DNA from: Desulfomicrobium sp.
Lineage (GTDB): Bacteria; Desulfobacterota; Desulfovibrionia; Desulfovibrionales; Desulfomicrobiaceae
Reading direction: 5' to 3'
Assembly (NCBI GenBank): GCA_040768745.1
Contig: JAXGMI010000003.1
Coordinates: forward strand, 160,001-224,000
DNA length: 64,000 nt
Shown here: piece after piece, positions 44,299-54,127 of the stretch
Layout: each line of letters opens with the position of its first letter
How positions within the stretch are numbered: position 1 is the stretch's first letter
Program-made: the position numbers and the translations under genes
Notes under the pieces: model-generated
What the model was told of the DNA's origin: nothing
The model's database searches: none
What the model saw: the letters and a program-made list of their open reading frames with translations, nothing else

Positions 44299-45547
44299 AC
44301 TCCCCTTCTCCCAGCGCATCGTCATCGCCTTCGTGCTCATGACGATGGTCGTCAGCGGCTCCTTTTCCCTGGGGATCGTGGCCGTCGTCCATTTTGTCGA
44401 AGATCAGCTCATCTCAAAAGAGCTGTACGGCAAACTGAACATGGTCCTCCACGAGGACATCAAGGCCGGCAGGGAGCCGCGGCTCGACGCCCGAACCCGC
44501 TTTTTTGCCTCGAACTCGGCCAGTCACCCCATCCCGGAGCGTTTCTCGGACTATCCCGATGGGTTCACGGAGATCGAGGAAGAGGACGAGGCTGCCTACA
44601 TCTATGTCCTGGAGGTCAACGGTTCGCGGTACATGCTCCTGCAGGACCAGCGGGAGTTTGAAAACAGGGAGGAGATTCTTTTCTCGGTGGTTCTGGCGGG
44701 CTTTCTGCTCTGCATCGTCTGCGCCTGGGGGATCGGCGTGGTCATGGCCAGACAGGTCATGGAGCCGGTGGCACGGCTCGCCGGACAGGTCCGGCACCCC
44801 GACCAGCTCGCCACCCGCACTGCCCCCCTGGCCCCGGGCTATGCGGACGACGAGATCGGGCATCTGGCCGCCGCCTTCGACACGACCCTCGGCCAGCTCC
44901 GCAGGTCCATCGAACGCGAGCGCCTCTTCACCAGCGATGTCAGCCATGAGCTGCGCACACCGCTGATGGTCATCTCCACATCGTGCGAGCTGCTGCTCGA
45001 AAACCCGCTGCAGGTCGCCCAGCGCGGGCAGGTCGAACGCATCGCCCGGGCCGCGCGGGACATGAACGACCTGGTCCGGACGTTTCTGCTCCTCGCGCGG
45101 TCAGGCCCGGCCGAAACCGCCGAGACGACCACGCTGGCCGAGGTCGCGCGGGAACAGGCCGAACTGTGGGGGCCGTCGATCCGCGCCAAGGGGCTCGCTT
45201 TCGAGTTGATTGACGAAGGGGCTGGCACGGCCGGCCACAACCCGACGTTCCTGCGCACGGCCATGGCCAACCTGTTGCGCAACGCGCTGCACTACACGGC
45301 CAGTGGAACGGTGCGCGTCATCCTGGAGCGGGACGGGTTCCGGGTCGAAGACACGGGCATGGGCATTCCCGCCCACGAGCGGGACCACATCTTCGAGCCC
45401 TTTGTGCGCGGTACGGCCACCAGGGGGCTGGGACTGGGGCTCGGACTGTCACTGGTGAAACGCATCTGCGAGCGCAACGGCTGGACGATTACCGCCTCTG
45501 AAATGCAGCCGAAAGGGAGCTGTTTCAAGGTTTCGTTCTCGGCGTAG
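44288..45547 (+). CDS. colS: Sensor histidine kinase, ColS-like
   Basis: LLQDQREFENRE (ExxE), RLA.QVRH.DQL…PLAP.YA.DE, FTSDVSHELRTPL. Confidence 0.78.
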   Translation: MTSRLPFSQRIVIAFVLMTMVVSGSFSLGIVAVVHFVEDQLISKELYGKLNMVLHEDIKAGREPRLDARTRFFASNSASHPIPERFSDYPDGFTEIEEEDEAAYIYVLEVNGSRYMLLQDQREFENREEILFSVVLAGFLLCIVCAWGIGVVMARQVMEPVARLAGQVRHPDQLATRTAPLAPGYADDEIGHLAAAFDTTLGQLRRSIERERLFTSDVSHELRTPLMVISTSCELLLENPLQVAQRGQVERIARAARDMNDLVRTFLLLARSGPAETAETTTLAEVAREQAELWGPSIRAKGLAFELIDEGAGTAGHNPTFLRTAMANLLRNALHYTASGTVRVILERDGFRVEDTGMGIPAHERDHIFEPFVRGTATRGLGLGLGLSLVKRICERNGWTITASEMQPKGSCFKVSFSA

Positions 45548-45702
45548 AGCTGATATGTGGAATATGGCGGCTGACATCCTTCCCTGCGACGACTGACTTG
45601 GGTCGGCAAAACGTTCAGCCCGCCGGGCCGGCTCCATTGGACGCCCCGGCGTTAGACATCTATCCAACCTCGACCTGCAACCCGCATCAGGGAGATACAG
45701 TC

Positions 45703-46008
45703 ATGTTTGTTGTCATTGTCGATGTCCTGGTCAGAGCCCAATTCGTGAACCAATTCCGCGAAGCGGTCATCCGTCAGGGCGAGAACTCCCTGGCCCTCGA
45801 GCCCGGCTGCCTGGGCTTTGACATCCTGCAGGACCCTGACAACCCTGCGCTCTTCACCCTGGTGGAAACGTATGAAGACGCGCCGGCGTTCTACGAAACG
45901 CACCGCCGCACGCCGCATTTTCAGGCCTACGCCACAACCACGGCCCCCTGGGTGGAAACGAAAAACCTGCGCCCCTTGGCCAGAATCTGGCCAAGTCTGA
46001 AGAAATGA
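45703..46008 (+). CDS. ABM / putative quinol monooxygenase (LsrG-like)
   Basis: EPGCLGFD…F.LVE.Y…H..TPHF; GGAG RBS. Confidence 0.85.
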   Translation: MFVVIVDVLVRAQFVNQFREAVIRQGENSLALEPGCLGFDILQDPDNPALFTLVETYEDAPAFYETHRRTPHFQAYATTTAPWVETKNLRPLARIWPSLKK

Positions 46009-46058
46009 GAACATGGCAGGAGGTTCGGAGCGCGGAGGCCCGATACCCGAGGTAGGCC

Positions 46059-46712
46059 TTATTTGAGATACTTGATGGCGAAAAAACCCAGAATGGCGAG
46101 CAGGACCAGGGCTGAGGCCGCCAACTCGAAGTGCTTGTCCAGAAAGGGCCTGATCCTGGCTCCGAACAGACGGATGAGGCCGGCCACGAGAAAAAACCGG
46201 AAGCCCCTGCCCAGCACCGAAGCCAGCAGAAAAGGGGCCACATCAAAACGCATCATGCCAGAGGCGATGGTGAATACCTTGTAGGGGATGGGAGTCACGG
46301 CCGCGATGAGTACGCCCCAGAAACCGTAGTCCCGGTACCAGACCCGGACGGCTTCGACCACGGACTCGCCGTGGTAGAAACGGACAATGGCTTGCCCCAC
46401 GACATCCCACAGGCCCCAGCCGATGGAGTAGCCCAGCACCCCTCCGGCTACCGAGGCCACGGTGCACCACAGCGCCAGACGGAACCACCGCGTGGGCGTG
46501 GAAAAACAGAGGGCAATGAGCAGCACATCCGGGGGGACCGGGAAAAAAGAGCTCTCGGCGAAGGACAGAACCACCAGGGCGGGCAGGGCATAGGGCGTGG
46601 CGGCCCAATGCAGGGTCCAGTAGTAGAGTTTACGCAGGGGATTTCGTGTGCCGCGGGCCTGCGCATCCAGGCCTTCCTCGACCGGAATCTCAAAAGGTGC
46701 TTGGTGTGTCAT
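46059..46712 (-). CDS. YqaA/DedA (SNARE-associated, VTT) family membrane protein
   Basis: SFAESSFFPVPPD, TPIPYKVF motifs. Confidence 0.88.
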   Translation of the reverse strand: MTHQAPFEIPVEEGLDAQARGTRNPLRKLYYWTLHWAATPYALPALVVLSFAESSFFPVPPDVLLIALCFSTPTRWFRLALWCTVASVAGGVLGYSIGWGLWDVVGQAIVRFYHGESVVEAVRVWYRDYGFWGVLIAAVTPIPYKVFTIASGMMRFDVAPFLLASVLGRGFRFFLVAGLIRLFGARIRPFLDKHFELAASALVLLAILGFFAIKYLK

Positions 46713-46832
46713 GACGCCGGCAGACCAGCACAAATCCGAGCGGATCACAACAGAAAAGTCATGTCTCGGCATCAACGAGCCCCAATGTTGTCTCCTTAAC
46801 CTCATGGGCAGTCGTCCACATCCAAACCAACC

Positions 46833-47681
46833 ATGCCCCAGCCAAATGCGAAAACTGTTCCCTCCCCTGCACAGGCGTTCAAAACCGAACCCCCTGGCGC
46901 CATGTTCTGGCCTGTACCAGCACTTCTGGCCTGGGTGGGAGCCTGGGGGATTTTTTCTGGTCTGTACATCCTGGGCGCCCCTGTCTGGCTTTGCGCCATT
47001 CTGGCCACTGGATTTGGACTGGGGGCAGGCCGGAGGGGTACCACACCCTGGAGACGACTCTGCGTTGCCGGAGGCTTTCCCCTCTCCTTCTGCGCCACGC
47101 AGATTGGTTCCCAAATGCCGGCCTGGGTCTGGCTCGTGGCCATGGTTTTTTTGATTCTCTGCTATCCATTAAATATATGGAAGGATGCGCCCCTTTTCCC
47201 CACGCCCAAAGGCATTCTGGACGGAATCCAAACCTTCGCACCCTTGCCCCGCGGGGCACGCATTCTCGACGCCGGATGCGGCCTGGGAGACGGTCTTCGC
47301 GAGTTGCACCGAATCTTCCCCGAGGCACGGCTCATCGGGTGGGAATGGAGCTGAGCTCTGCGTCTTCTGTGCGGGATACGTTGCCCCTTCGCCACGGTGC
47401 GCAGGGCGGATATGTGGAGCGGGGACTGGAGCGATTTCGAGATGGTCTATATGTTCCAGCGGCCTGAGAGCATGGAGCGGGCGGCCCGCAAGGCCCAGGC
47501 TGAACTCCGCCCCGGGGCGCTCCTGCTCAGTCTTGAATTCCAGGCTGTCGGCCTCACGCCCGTGGCAGTGTTGAAAAACCGGATCGACAAGCCGGTTTGG
47601 ATCTACCGCATGACAGATGAACTCTCGGGCCAACGGCATGGGGCAGGAAATTCTGGCCCATGCACTCAGGAAACCGGCTGA
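46833..47681 (+). pseudogene. Class I SAM-dependent methyltransferase interrupted by in-frame TGA at 47352-47354
   Basis: DAPLFPT, LDAGCGLG motif I; the same frame continues after TGA (ALRLLC…DMW…VYMFQRPESM…LSLEF) to a stop at 47681. Confidence 0.8.
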
Positions 47682-47763
47682 CAACGCGGGGAAAAAGATC
47701 CCCGCGCATGGCAAGTTATTTTTTTATCCATATTTACGGAGCATTGGAGCAGAATCCAGCATA

Positions 47764-47798
47764 CGGGGCGAAATGCTCCTGTGGGGAAAAACACCCCA
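47764..47798. promoter_or_regulatory. Tandem GGGG-N7-C(T/C)CC candidate enhancer sites
   Basis: CGGGG-CGAAATG-CTCCT and TGGGG-AAAAACA-CCCCA, 18 bp apart, about 155 bp upstream of a sigma54 promoter. Confidence 0.55.
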
Positions 47799-47885
47799 GC
47801 CCAACTCAATTTTTTTTCCGGATTTGACATCGTCCGGCCCCCTGCCCTGACCCGCCAAAAATTCTATATTTATTTTTATACATAA

Positions 47886-47898
47886 AATCAAATAGTTA
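47886..47898 (+). promoter_or_regulatory. IHF binding site AATCAAATAGTTA
   Basis: Exact WATCAANNNNTTR match with an upstream AT tract, between the enhancer sites and the sigma54 promoter. Confidence 0.75.
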
Positions 47899-47952
47899 AA
47901 AAATACCATCCGCACGTATGCGAGACGATTCCGCCACGCAGTCCTGCTCTGT

Positions 47953-47968
47953 TGGCACGGGCGTTGCT
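47953..47968 (+). promoter_or_regulatory. Sigma54 promoter TGGCACG-GGCG-TTGCT
   Basis: Exact consensus match. Confidence 0.9.
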
Positions 47969-48049
47969 TTTGAGGTCCGGAGTCCGAGAGCCCGGGGTGT
48001 ATGACCGAGGGGGATCGGCCTCAGGCCAGATCGTCAAGGAGGATGGAGT

Positions 48050-48481
48050 GTGACCGACGCCAATATTTTGCTGGTCGATGACGATGCGCAGTTCATCGAC
48101 GTCATGAAGAAACGCCTGACCATGCGCCAGATGGAGGTGTTTCACGCAAGCAGTGGCGAGGAGGCCATGCATAAGCTTGCGATGCACGGCGAAATCGAGG
48201 TGGTCATCCTTGACGTGAAGCTTCCCGGTCAGAGCGGTATCGAGATTTTGCGGATCATCAAGCAGCAGCATCCCCTGGTGGAGGTCATCATGCTCACCGG
48301 GCACGGCACCCTTGAGTCCGCCATAGACGGAATGCGCCTGGGTGCAGCAGACTATCTGATGAAACCCTGTAACATCGATGTGCTGGTGGAAAAGGTCAAG
48401 GAAGCAGTGGAGAAAAAGCGTCGGCATGAAGAAAAAATCGTCGACGCGCGCGTTCGCGAATTCGCCAGCCGCAGAGGCTGA
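48050..48481 (+). CDS. Single-domain response regulator
   Basis: ILLVDDD, ILDVKLPG, MLTGHG, YLMKP. Confidence 0.9.
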   Translation: MTDANILLVDDDAQFIDVMKKRLTMRQMEVFHASSGEEAMHKLAMHGEIEVVILDVKLPGQSGIEILRIIKQQHPLVEVIMLTGHGTLESAIDGMRLGAADYLMKPCNIDVLVEKVKEAVEKKRRHEEKIVDARVREFASRRG

Positions 48482-48494
48482 CAGGGTTGGCCAG

Positions 48495-48911
48495 ATGAGC
48501 GCGGGCACAATCAGGGTTCTTCTTGTCGATGACGAAACCCAGTTTGCGGCGATCCTGGCCAAGCGACTGCGCAGAAAAGGGTTTGTGGTGACGATGGCAG
48601 GCAGCGGCCCGGAAGGTTTGGGCCAGCTCGAAACCGATCCGGTCGATGTGGTGGTCCTGGACGTGAACATGCCCGGCATGGATGGAATTCAGGTCCTGCG
48701 CGAGATCAGAATGCGCCATCCTCTGGTCCAGATTCTCATGCTGACGGGCCATGCGGACATGGAATCGGCCATCTCGGGCATGGCCATGGGAGCCTACGAC
48801 TACTTGATGAAGCCAGCGGACCTGGAAGACCTGGTCCGCAAGCTCCGCGATGCTGGCGATCGGAGCAGACAATTGGATGAGGAAAGCGGGTTGGATGTGC
48901 CACCTGCATGA
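48495..48911 (+). CDS. Single-domain response regulator
   Basis: VLLVDDE, VLDVNMPG, MLTGHA, YLMKP. Confidence 0.9.
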   Translation: MSAGTIRVLLVDDETQFAAILAKRLRRKGFVVTMAGSGPEGLGQLETDPVDVVVLDVNMPGMDGIQVLREIRMRHPLVQILMLTGHADMESAISGMAMGAYDYLMKPADLEDLVRKLRDAGDRSRQLDEESGLDVPPA

Positions 48912-48951
48912 ATTCTTAAGGACTTGAGAAAAAGAGGAGGCGGTAACACGT

Positions 48952-50229
48952 ATGGGATTCTTCAAACAATGGGGTTCATTCATGGTAGAGGGCTCTCGGT
49001 CCTTTGCCCGGTGGGAAGTGGAAAACGCCCGCGTGATTCTAGGCGATAAACGGCGGATCTGGCTGCTCGCCCTGCTGCTCATCCCCTGTGTCCTGGGCGG
49101 ATGGGCCTTTGCGGATGAAATCGGCAAAGCCCTGCCCAGCGCCATTGGCGGCAAGGAAGCCTACAGCCCGTCCTACTACAGCATGTTCATCTTTCTGGTG
49201 TCCATCTTCGTCGGCGTCGGCGCGGGACTGATCTCCGGCTGCATCGGTGCGGGCGGCGGCTTCATCATCGCCCCGGCCCTTATGAGCGCCGGCGTCAAGG
49301 GTATTCTGGCCGTCGGCACGGACCTCTTCCATATCTTCGCCAAGGCTATCATGGGTTCGGTCCTGCACCGCAAGATGGGCAACGTCTCGGTGCCTCTGGC
49401 CTTCGTCTTCCTGATCGGCGCCATCGTCGGCACGACGGTGGGCGCAGGCATCAACCGTTTTCTGTACAACGTCAACCCGGTGCTGAGCGACACATTCATT
49501 ACCGTCGTGTACACGATCATGCTCGGCTTTCTGGGTTTCTATGGCATGTATGACTATTTCAGCGCCAAGAAGGCCGGGGTCAAGGGTGGCGCCCACGACG
49601 CCAAAGAAGGCGCGTCCATGACGGGCATCGCCCAGAAACTGCAGAGCATCACCCTGCCGCCCATGGTCACCTTCGACCAGGGCCTTATCCCGGGCGGCCG
49701 CAAGATTTCCTGGCTGTTCCTGGTCCTGTCCGGCGCCCTGGTCGGCATGGCCGCGGGCATCATGGGTGTGGGCGGGGGCTTTCTGACCTTCCCCATCTTC
49801 GTCTATATCCTGGGCGTGTCCTCCCTGACCACCGTCGGCACGGACATCTTCCAGATCGTGTTCACCGCCGGCTACGGGGCCATCACCCAGTACGCCATCT
49901 ACGGATTCATCTTCTACACCCTGGCCATGGGCATGCTGCTCGGGTCCCTGGTTGGCATCCAGATCGGGGCACTGGTGACCAAGGTCGTGCCAGGTATCAC
50001 CATTCGCGGCTTCTTCGCCGTCTCGGTCATGGCTGGCTTCGTGAACCGGTTCTTCGCCCTGCCCAAGAAACTGGTCAGCATGGAAATCCTGCCTGCCTCC
50101 TGGGCTGGCCTGGCCAAGGGCATGGACACCGTTGGCATGTACCTGTTCTTCATCGTCATCGCCCTGTTCGGCATCTGGGTGTTTAGTGCGTTTTTCAAGA
50201 ATATCAAGACACTGAAGTATAAGGATTGA
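48952..50229 (+). CDS. Sulfite exporter TauE/SafE family protein
   Basis: GCIGAGGGF…P, AVGTDL, GIMGVGGGF…P repeats; GAGGAGG RBS. Confidence 0.9.
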   Translation: MGFFKQWGSFMVEGSRSFARWEVENARVILGDKRRIWLLALLLIPCVLGGWAFADEIGKALPSAIGGKEAYSPSYYSMFIFLVSIFVGVGAGLISGCIGAGGGFIIAPALMSAGVKGILAVGTDLFHIFAKAIMGSVLHRKMGNVSVPLAFVFLIGAIVGTTVGAGINRFLYNVNPVLSDTFITVVYTIMLGFLGFYGMYDYFSAKKAGVKGGAHDAKEGASMTGIAQKLQSITLPPMVTFDQGLIPGGRKISWLFLVLSGALVGMAAGIMGVGGGFLTFPIFVYILGVSSLTTVGTDIFQIVFTAGYGAITQYAIYGFIFYTLAMGMLLGSLVGIQIGALVTKVVPGITIRGFFAVSVMAGFVNRFFALPKKLVSMEILPASWAGLAKGMDTVGMYLFFIVIALFGIWVFSAFFKNIKTLKYKD

Positions 50230-50233
50230 TCAT

Positions 50234-50935
50234 ATGATTCATAACAAGAAGGAATTCAACCTGGGCATTGCCCTCCTTGTGCTCTTCTTCATCGTCCTCT
50301 TCGCCATGTTCCAGCCGCTTTTCGACGGGCATAACGCCATGGCCTACCTGGACAACCTGTACAACTCCATCTCCAAGGGGTCGGCCCACTACGTGGATGC
50401 CCTGAAGGAGGAGGCCAAGACACTGGCTGGCTACAATGTCAAGGTAACCATGAACATGGAAGATGAAGCCCAGGCCGCCGACAGCGTGGCCCTCATCACT
50501 GCCGCCGGAGGGACGGCCTCGGCCCAGGGCAAGGCACTGACCATCAACGGCGACTATGTTGCCATCCTCAACGCATGTCTGAATGATGCGGACAAGCTGT
50601 ACAACAACGACAGCGCGGCCCTGAAGGCCAAGTATCCGGCATTGGCGGGCAAGGACGACAGGCAGGCCGTGTACAACTGGTACAAGATCCTCGGCGGCTT
50701 CGACAAGGAATTGAAAAAACAGGAGGCCTTTGCCCAGGCCAAAGTCGCCTTCAATGTCAATTCCAAGGTGGTGGAAACGGCCTACAACTATTACAAGGTC
50801 GTGCCGGAACAGATCAAAAACAAGATTGGCATCGTCATCTTTTCCCTGGTGTTCTATGTCATCTATACCATGTGGTATGGCTTCGCCATCCTGTTCGTCT
50901 TCGAAGGCTGGGGCCTGAAGATCAGCGGGCATTAG
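50234..50935 (+). CDS. Conserved membrane protein associated with the TauE gene
   Basis: N- and C-terminal TMs; LYNSISKGSA and FYVIYTMWYGF motifs; operonic. Confidence 0.8.
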   Translation: MIHNKKEFNLGIALLVLFFIVLFAMFQPLFDGHNAMAYLDNLYNSISKGSAHYVDALKEEAKTLAGYNVKVTMNMEDEAQAADSVALITAAGGTASAQGKALTINGDYVAILNACLNDADKLYNNDSAALKAKYPALAGKDDRQAVYNWYKILGGFDKELKKQEAFAQAKVAFNVNSKVVETAYNYYKVVPEQIKNKIGIVIFSLVFYVIYTMWYGFAILFVFEGWGLKISGH

Positions 50936-50962
50936 GCCACAGAAACCTGTTCCCCGTTTTGC

Positions 50963-50993
50963 AACGCGGTCCCCTTGGGGGCCGCGTTTTTTT
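50963..50993 (+). terminator. Rho-independent terminator
   Basis: AACGCGGTCCCC-TT-GGGGGCCGCGTT plus T run. Confidence 0.85.
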
Positions 50994-51046
50994 GTTTGGA
51001 CCCATGCACAAGCCTTTGCTAGGAAGGCCAGGAGCCTGGGGGGCAC

Positions 51047-52546
51047 ATGAACCTTTCCGAATACTACAATGCCGTGATGGAATTGAGCCACGGCATCGTC
51101 ATCACCCTGGACGAAACCGGGCGGATCATCCACGGCAATTCCCGGTTCGAGGTGGTTTCCGGATACTTGACCAGCCAGATCGCCGGATTGGACTGGTTTG
51201 AAACCTGCGTAGATCAGAGACATCGGGCCAAGGCCAAGGCCGAATTCGCCGGCATTGCCGAACGGGGGCGCCTGTCCCTCATGAAGGGTTCTCTGCGGAC
51301 CAAGGATGGCCGCACGGTCTATATCGACTGGAACATGAAGCCCTTGTTCGATTCCCAACGCCGACTGGTCAGCGTCCTGTGCGTAGGTCAGGACGTGACC
51401 GCCCACGTCGAACGCCAACGAAAGCTGATGCATGAACAGGACCGCCTCATGGCCCTGAACAAAGAGCTCTCCTGCCTGCACGCCATGAACAGGATCGTGG
51501 CCAACATGGACAGCGACCTGCCGGACATTCTGCACGAGATCCTGGCCCTCATCCCCCCCTCTTTCCAGTATCCCGAATTCACGGGAGTACGCCTGGTTTT
51601 GGACGGCCATTCCCTATTCAGCGGACAATACGCCCCCGAGGCCCATTCCCGCATGGAGCAGAGCGTGATGGTGCACAAGGTCAAACGGGGACATCTGAGC
51701 GTCAGCCTCCAAGGTGCCACCCAGGACGGGATTTCCCATGCCTTTCTGCCCACTGAATGTGAGCTCCTTTCAGCCCTGGCCAAGCACGTGGGCTGGATCA
51801 TCACCAAGCGCGAGGCCATGGACACCAAAAGAAACCTGGAGCGCCAACTTCAGCATGCCGACCGTCTGGCCAAGATCGGCCAGTTTGCGGCGGGCGTGGC
51901 CCATGAACTGAACGAACCCCTGGCCAATATTTTGGGATTCGCGCAACTGGCCGCGCAGACCCCCGACCTGCCCTCCCAAGTGTCCAGGGATCTGGACAAT
52001 ATCGTCAAGTCCGCCCTGCACAGCCGGGAAATCATCAAGAAGCTGATGATCTTTGGCCGCCAGGTTCCGCTGCAGAAGAGCATGGTCGACATGAATCAGG
52101 TCATCCGGGACACCCTGTATTTCATCGAAACGGGTGCGGCGAGGAACAACATTGGCATCCATTTGGACCTGAGCGAGGACTTGCCGGACATTATGGGCGA
52201 CCCCCAGCACCTGAAACAGGTCATGGTCAACCTCATGGTCAACGCCATTCATGCCATGCCCGACGGGGGAACCTTGACCATCCGCACTCTGTCCTTCAAC
52301 CACGACGTCTATCTCCTGGTGGAAGACTCCGGCGTGGGCATGGAGACCGAGGTGCTGCGGCAGATCTTCAATCCCTTCTTCACCACCAAGGATTCTGACC
52401 AGGGAACCGGATTGGGTCTGGCCGTGGTGCACGGCATAGTCTCCGCCCATGGCGGGATCATCGACGTGGTCAGCGAACCGGGTCGGGGAACGCGGTTCGA
52501 GATCACGTTTCCCTGCGCCGATCCTGCCTCGGCGGCACAGGATTGA
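51047..52546 (+). CDS. Cytoplasmic PAS sensor histidine kinase
   Basis: PAS/PAC, AHELNEP, NAIHA, DSGVG, GTGLGL. Confidence 0.92.
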   Translation: MNLSEYYNAVMELSHGIVITLDETGRIIHGNSRFEVVSGYLTSQIAGLDWFETCVDQRHRAKAKAEFAGIAERGRLSLMKGSLRTKDGRTVYIDWNMKPLFDSQRRLVSVLCVGQDVTAHVERQRKLMHEQDRLMALNKELSCLHAMNRIVANMDSDLPDILHEILALIPPSFQYPEFTGVRLVLDGHSLFSGQYAPEAHSRMEQSVMVHKVKRGHLSVSLQGATQDGISHAFLPTECELLSALAKHVGWIITKREAMDTKRNLERQLQHADRLAKIGQFAAGVAHELNEPLANILGFAQLAAQTPDLPSQVSRDLDNIVKSALHSREIIKKLMIFGRQVPLQKSMVDMNQVIRDTLYFIETGAARNNIGIHLDLSEDLPDIMGDPQHLKQVMVNLMVNAIHAMPDGGTLTIRTLSFNHDVYLLVEDSGVGMETEVLRQIFNPFFTTKDSDQGTGLGLAVVHGIVSAHGGIIDVVSEPGRGTRFEITFPCADPASAAQD

Positions 52547-52562
52547 ACGGGAAGAACACGAC

Positions 52563-53897
52563 ATGCAAGAACAAAGAATGACGATTCTGGCCGTGGATGA
52601 CAGTCCGGCAACCCTGGAAGTCATCTCGCGTCATCTCAACGGAGCCGGCTATCAGATCCATACCTGCGGCAGCGTGGAGGAGGCCGGGGACTTCCTCGAT
52701 GCCGTGAGCGTCGATCTGGTCATTACAGACTTCAAGATGCCAAAATCCAGCGGCCTGGACCTGATCAAATACGTGCGCGAGAACTTCAAGGATACGGAAA
52801 TCATGATGATCACTGGCTATCCGTCCATTTCCGGAGCCGTGGAGGCCATGCGCGACGGGGCAGGTGAATATCTGGCAAAGCCCTTCACCGGGGAGGAACT
52901 CCTCGCCGTGGTGCGGCGGATCCTGGACAAGCAGGCCAGGCGACGGGCGGTGCACGCCGGAACACAGGAGATTGCCACCCACGGTATCATCGGGGAGTGT
53001 CCGGAAATGCGCACGGTCTTCGACCTGATCCGCAAGGCCTCCCAGACCAGCGCCAACGTCTTCATCTCCGGGGAGTCGGGCACGGGCAAGGAGCTGGTGG
53101 CCCGGGCCGTGCACTACAACAGCGACCGCCGAGCCTCGGCCTTCGTGCCTGTCAACTGCACGGCCATCCCGGACACGCTCCTGGAAAGCGAGCTCTTTGG
53201 CCACGTCAAGGGCGCCTTCACTGGCGCCAGGGACAGCCGGGCCGGATTTTTCGAGATCGCCAACGGAGGGACCATTTTTCTGGACGAGATCGGGGATGCC
53301 AGCCCCAGTCTGCAGGCCAAGCTGCTGCGGGTCATGCAGAGCAAGGAGTTCTGCATGGTCGGATCGTCGCGGACCCGCACCGTGGATACCCGCATCATTG
53401 CGGCCACGCACCAGAATCTGCGCCAGCTGGTCCAGCAGGGTCTGTTCCGGGAAGATCTCTTCTACCGCATTCATGTCATCGAAATCCGCCTGCCATCCCT
53501 GGCTGAGCGTGGGAACGACATCCTGCTCCTGGCCAATCATTTTCTGAATAAATTCGCTTCGGACATGGGCCGGCCCGCACCGCGCCTGACCGACGAAGCC
53601 CTGACGGCCCTTATGCACTACCCCTGGCCGGGAAACGTGCGGGAACTGGAAAATCTGCTGCAACGGCTTGTCATCATCGGGGAAGGGGATGACATCGACA
53701 TCACCGACCTGCCGGAAACCATGCGCTTCACCATCAGCCGACACCGCTTCGGGGAAAAGACCCTGGCCGAAGTGGAGGCCGAACATATCCGCTGCGTCCT
53801 GGCCGGAACAGGGGACAACAAGACCCGCGCCGCCGAGATCCTGGGTATCGACCGCAAGACCCTGCGCGAAAAGCTCAAGCGCCTGGGGTTGGGCTGA
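52563..53897 (+). CDS. Sigma54-dependent response regulator (NtrC/AtoC family)
   Basis: Receiver, GESGTGKE, GAFTGA, WPGNVREL, Fis HTH. Confidence 0.93.
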   Translation: MQEQRMTILAVDDSPATLEVISRHLNGAGYQIHTCGSVEEAGDFLDAVSVDLVITDFKMPKSSGLDLIKYVRENFKDTEIMMITGYPSISGAVEAMRDGAGEYLAKPFTGEELLAVVRRILDKQARRRAVHAGTQEIATHGIIGECPEMRTVFDLIRKASQTSANVFISGESGTGKELVARAVHYNSDRRASAFVPVNCTAIPDTLLESELFGHVKGAFTGARDSRAGFFEIANGGTIFLDEIGDASPSLQAKLLRVMQSKEFCMVGSSRTRTVDTRIIAATHQNLRQLVQQGLFREDLFYRIHVIEIRLPSLAERGNDILLLANHFLNKFASDMGRPAPRLTDEALTALMHYPWPGNVRELENLLQRLVIIGEGDDIDITDLPETMRFTISRHRFGEKTLAEVEAEHIRCVLAGTGDNKTRAAEILGIDRKTLREKLKRLGLG

Positions 53898-54029
53898 CCC
53901 CACTCCCACACGCTTTTTTATCTGGCTTCACTCCGACTCAACCCAAAAAACCGTTCATGGGAAGTGATTCGAACCGCGGTCGGGTATACAGGTCCTCCAC
54001 ATCCACGGACGTGGCATATGGGAAAACAA

Positions 54030-54072
54030 GAGATCCGATCATGGCTGGACGTGCTGACCATGATCGGATCTC
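54030..54072. terminator. 15-bp-stem hairpin between convergent genes
   Basis: GAGATCCGATCATGG-N13-CCATGATCGGATCTC. Confidence 0.55.
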
Positions 54073-54127
54073 CTTCATCCACCGTTGGCGGTCGAATGGG
54101 CCGGCCCATGAAAGATCGACCCCCTGA

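Noticed and set aside
47352..47400. Selenocysteine recoding of the in-frame TGA
   Set aside because: No convincing SECIS-like hairpin follows, and the position appears to be Trp rather than Cys in recalled homologs.
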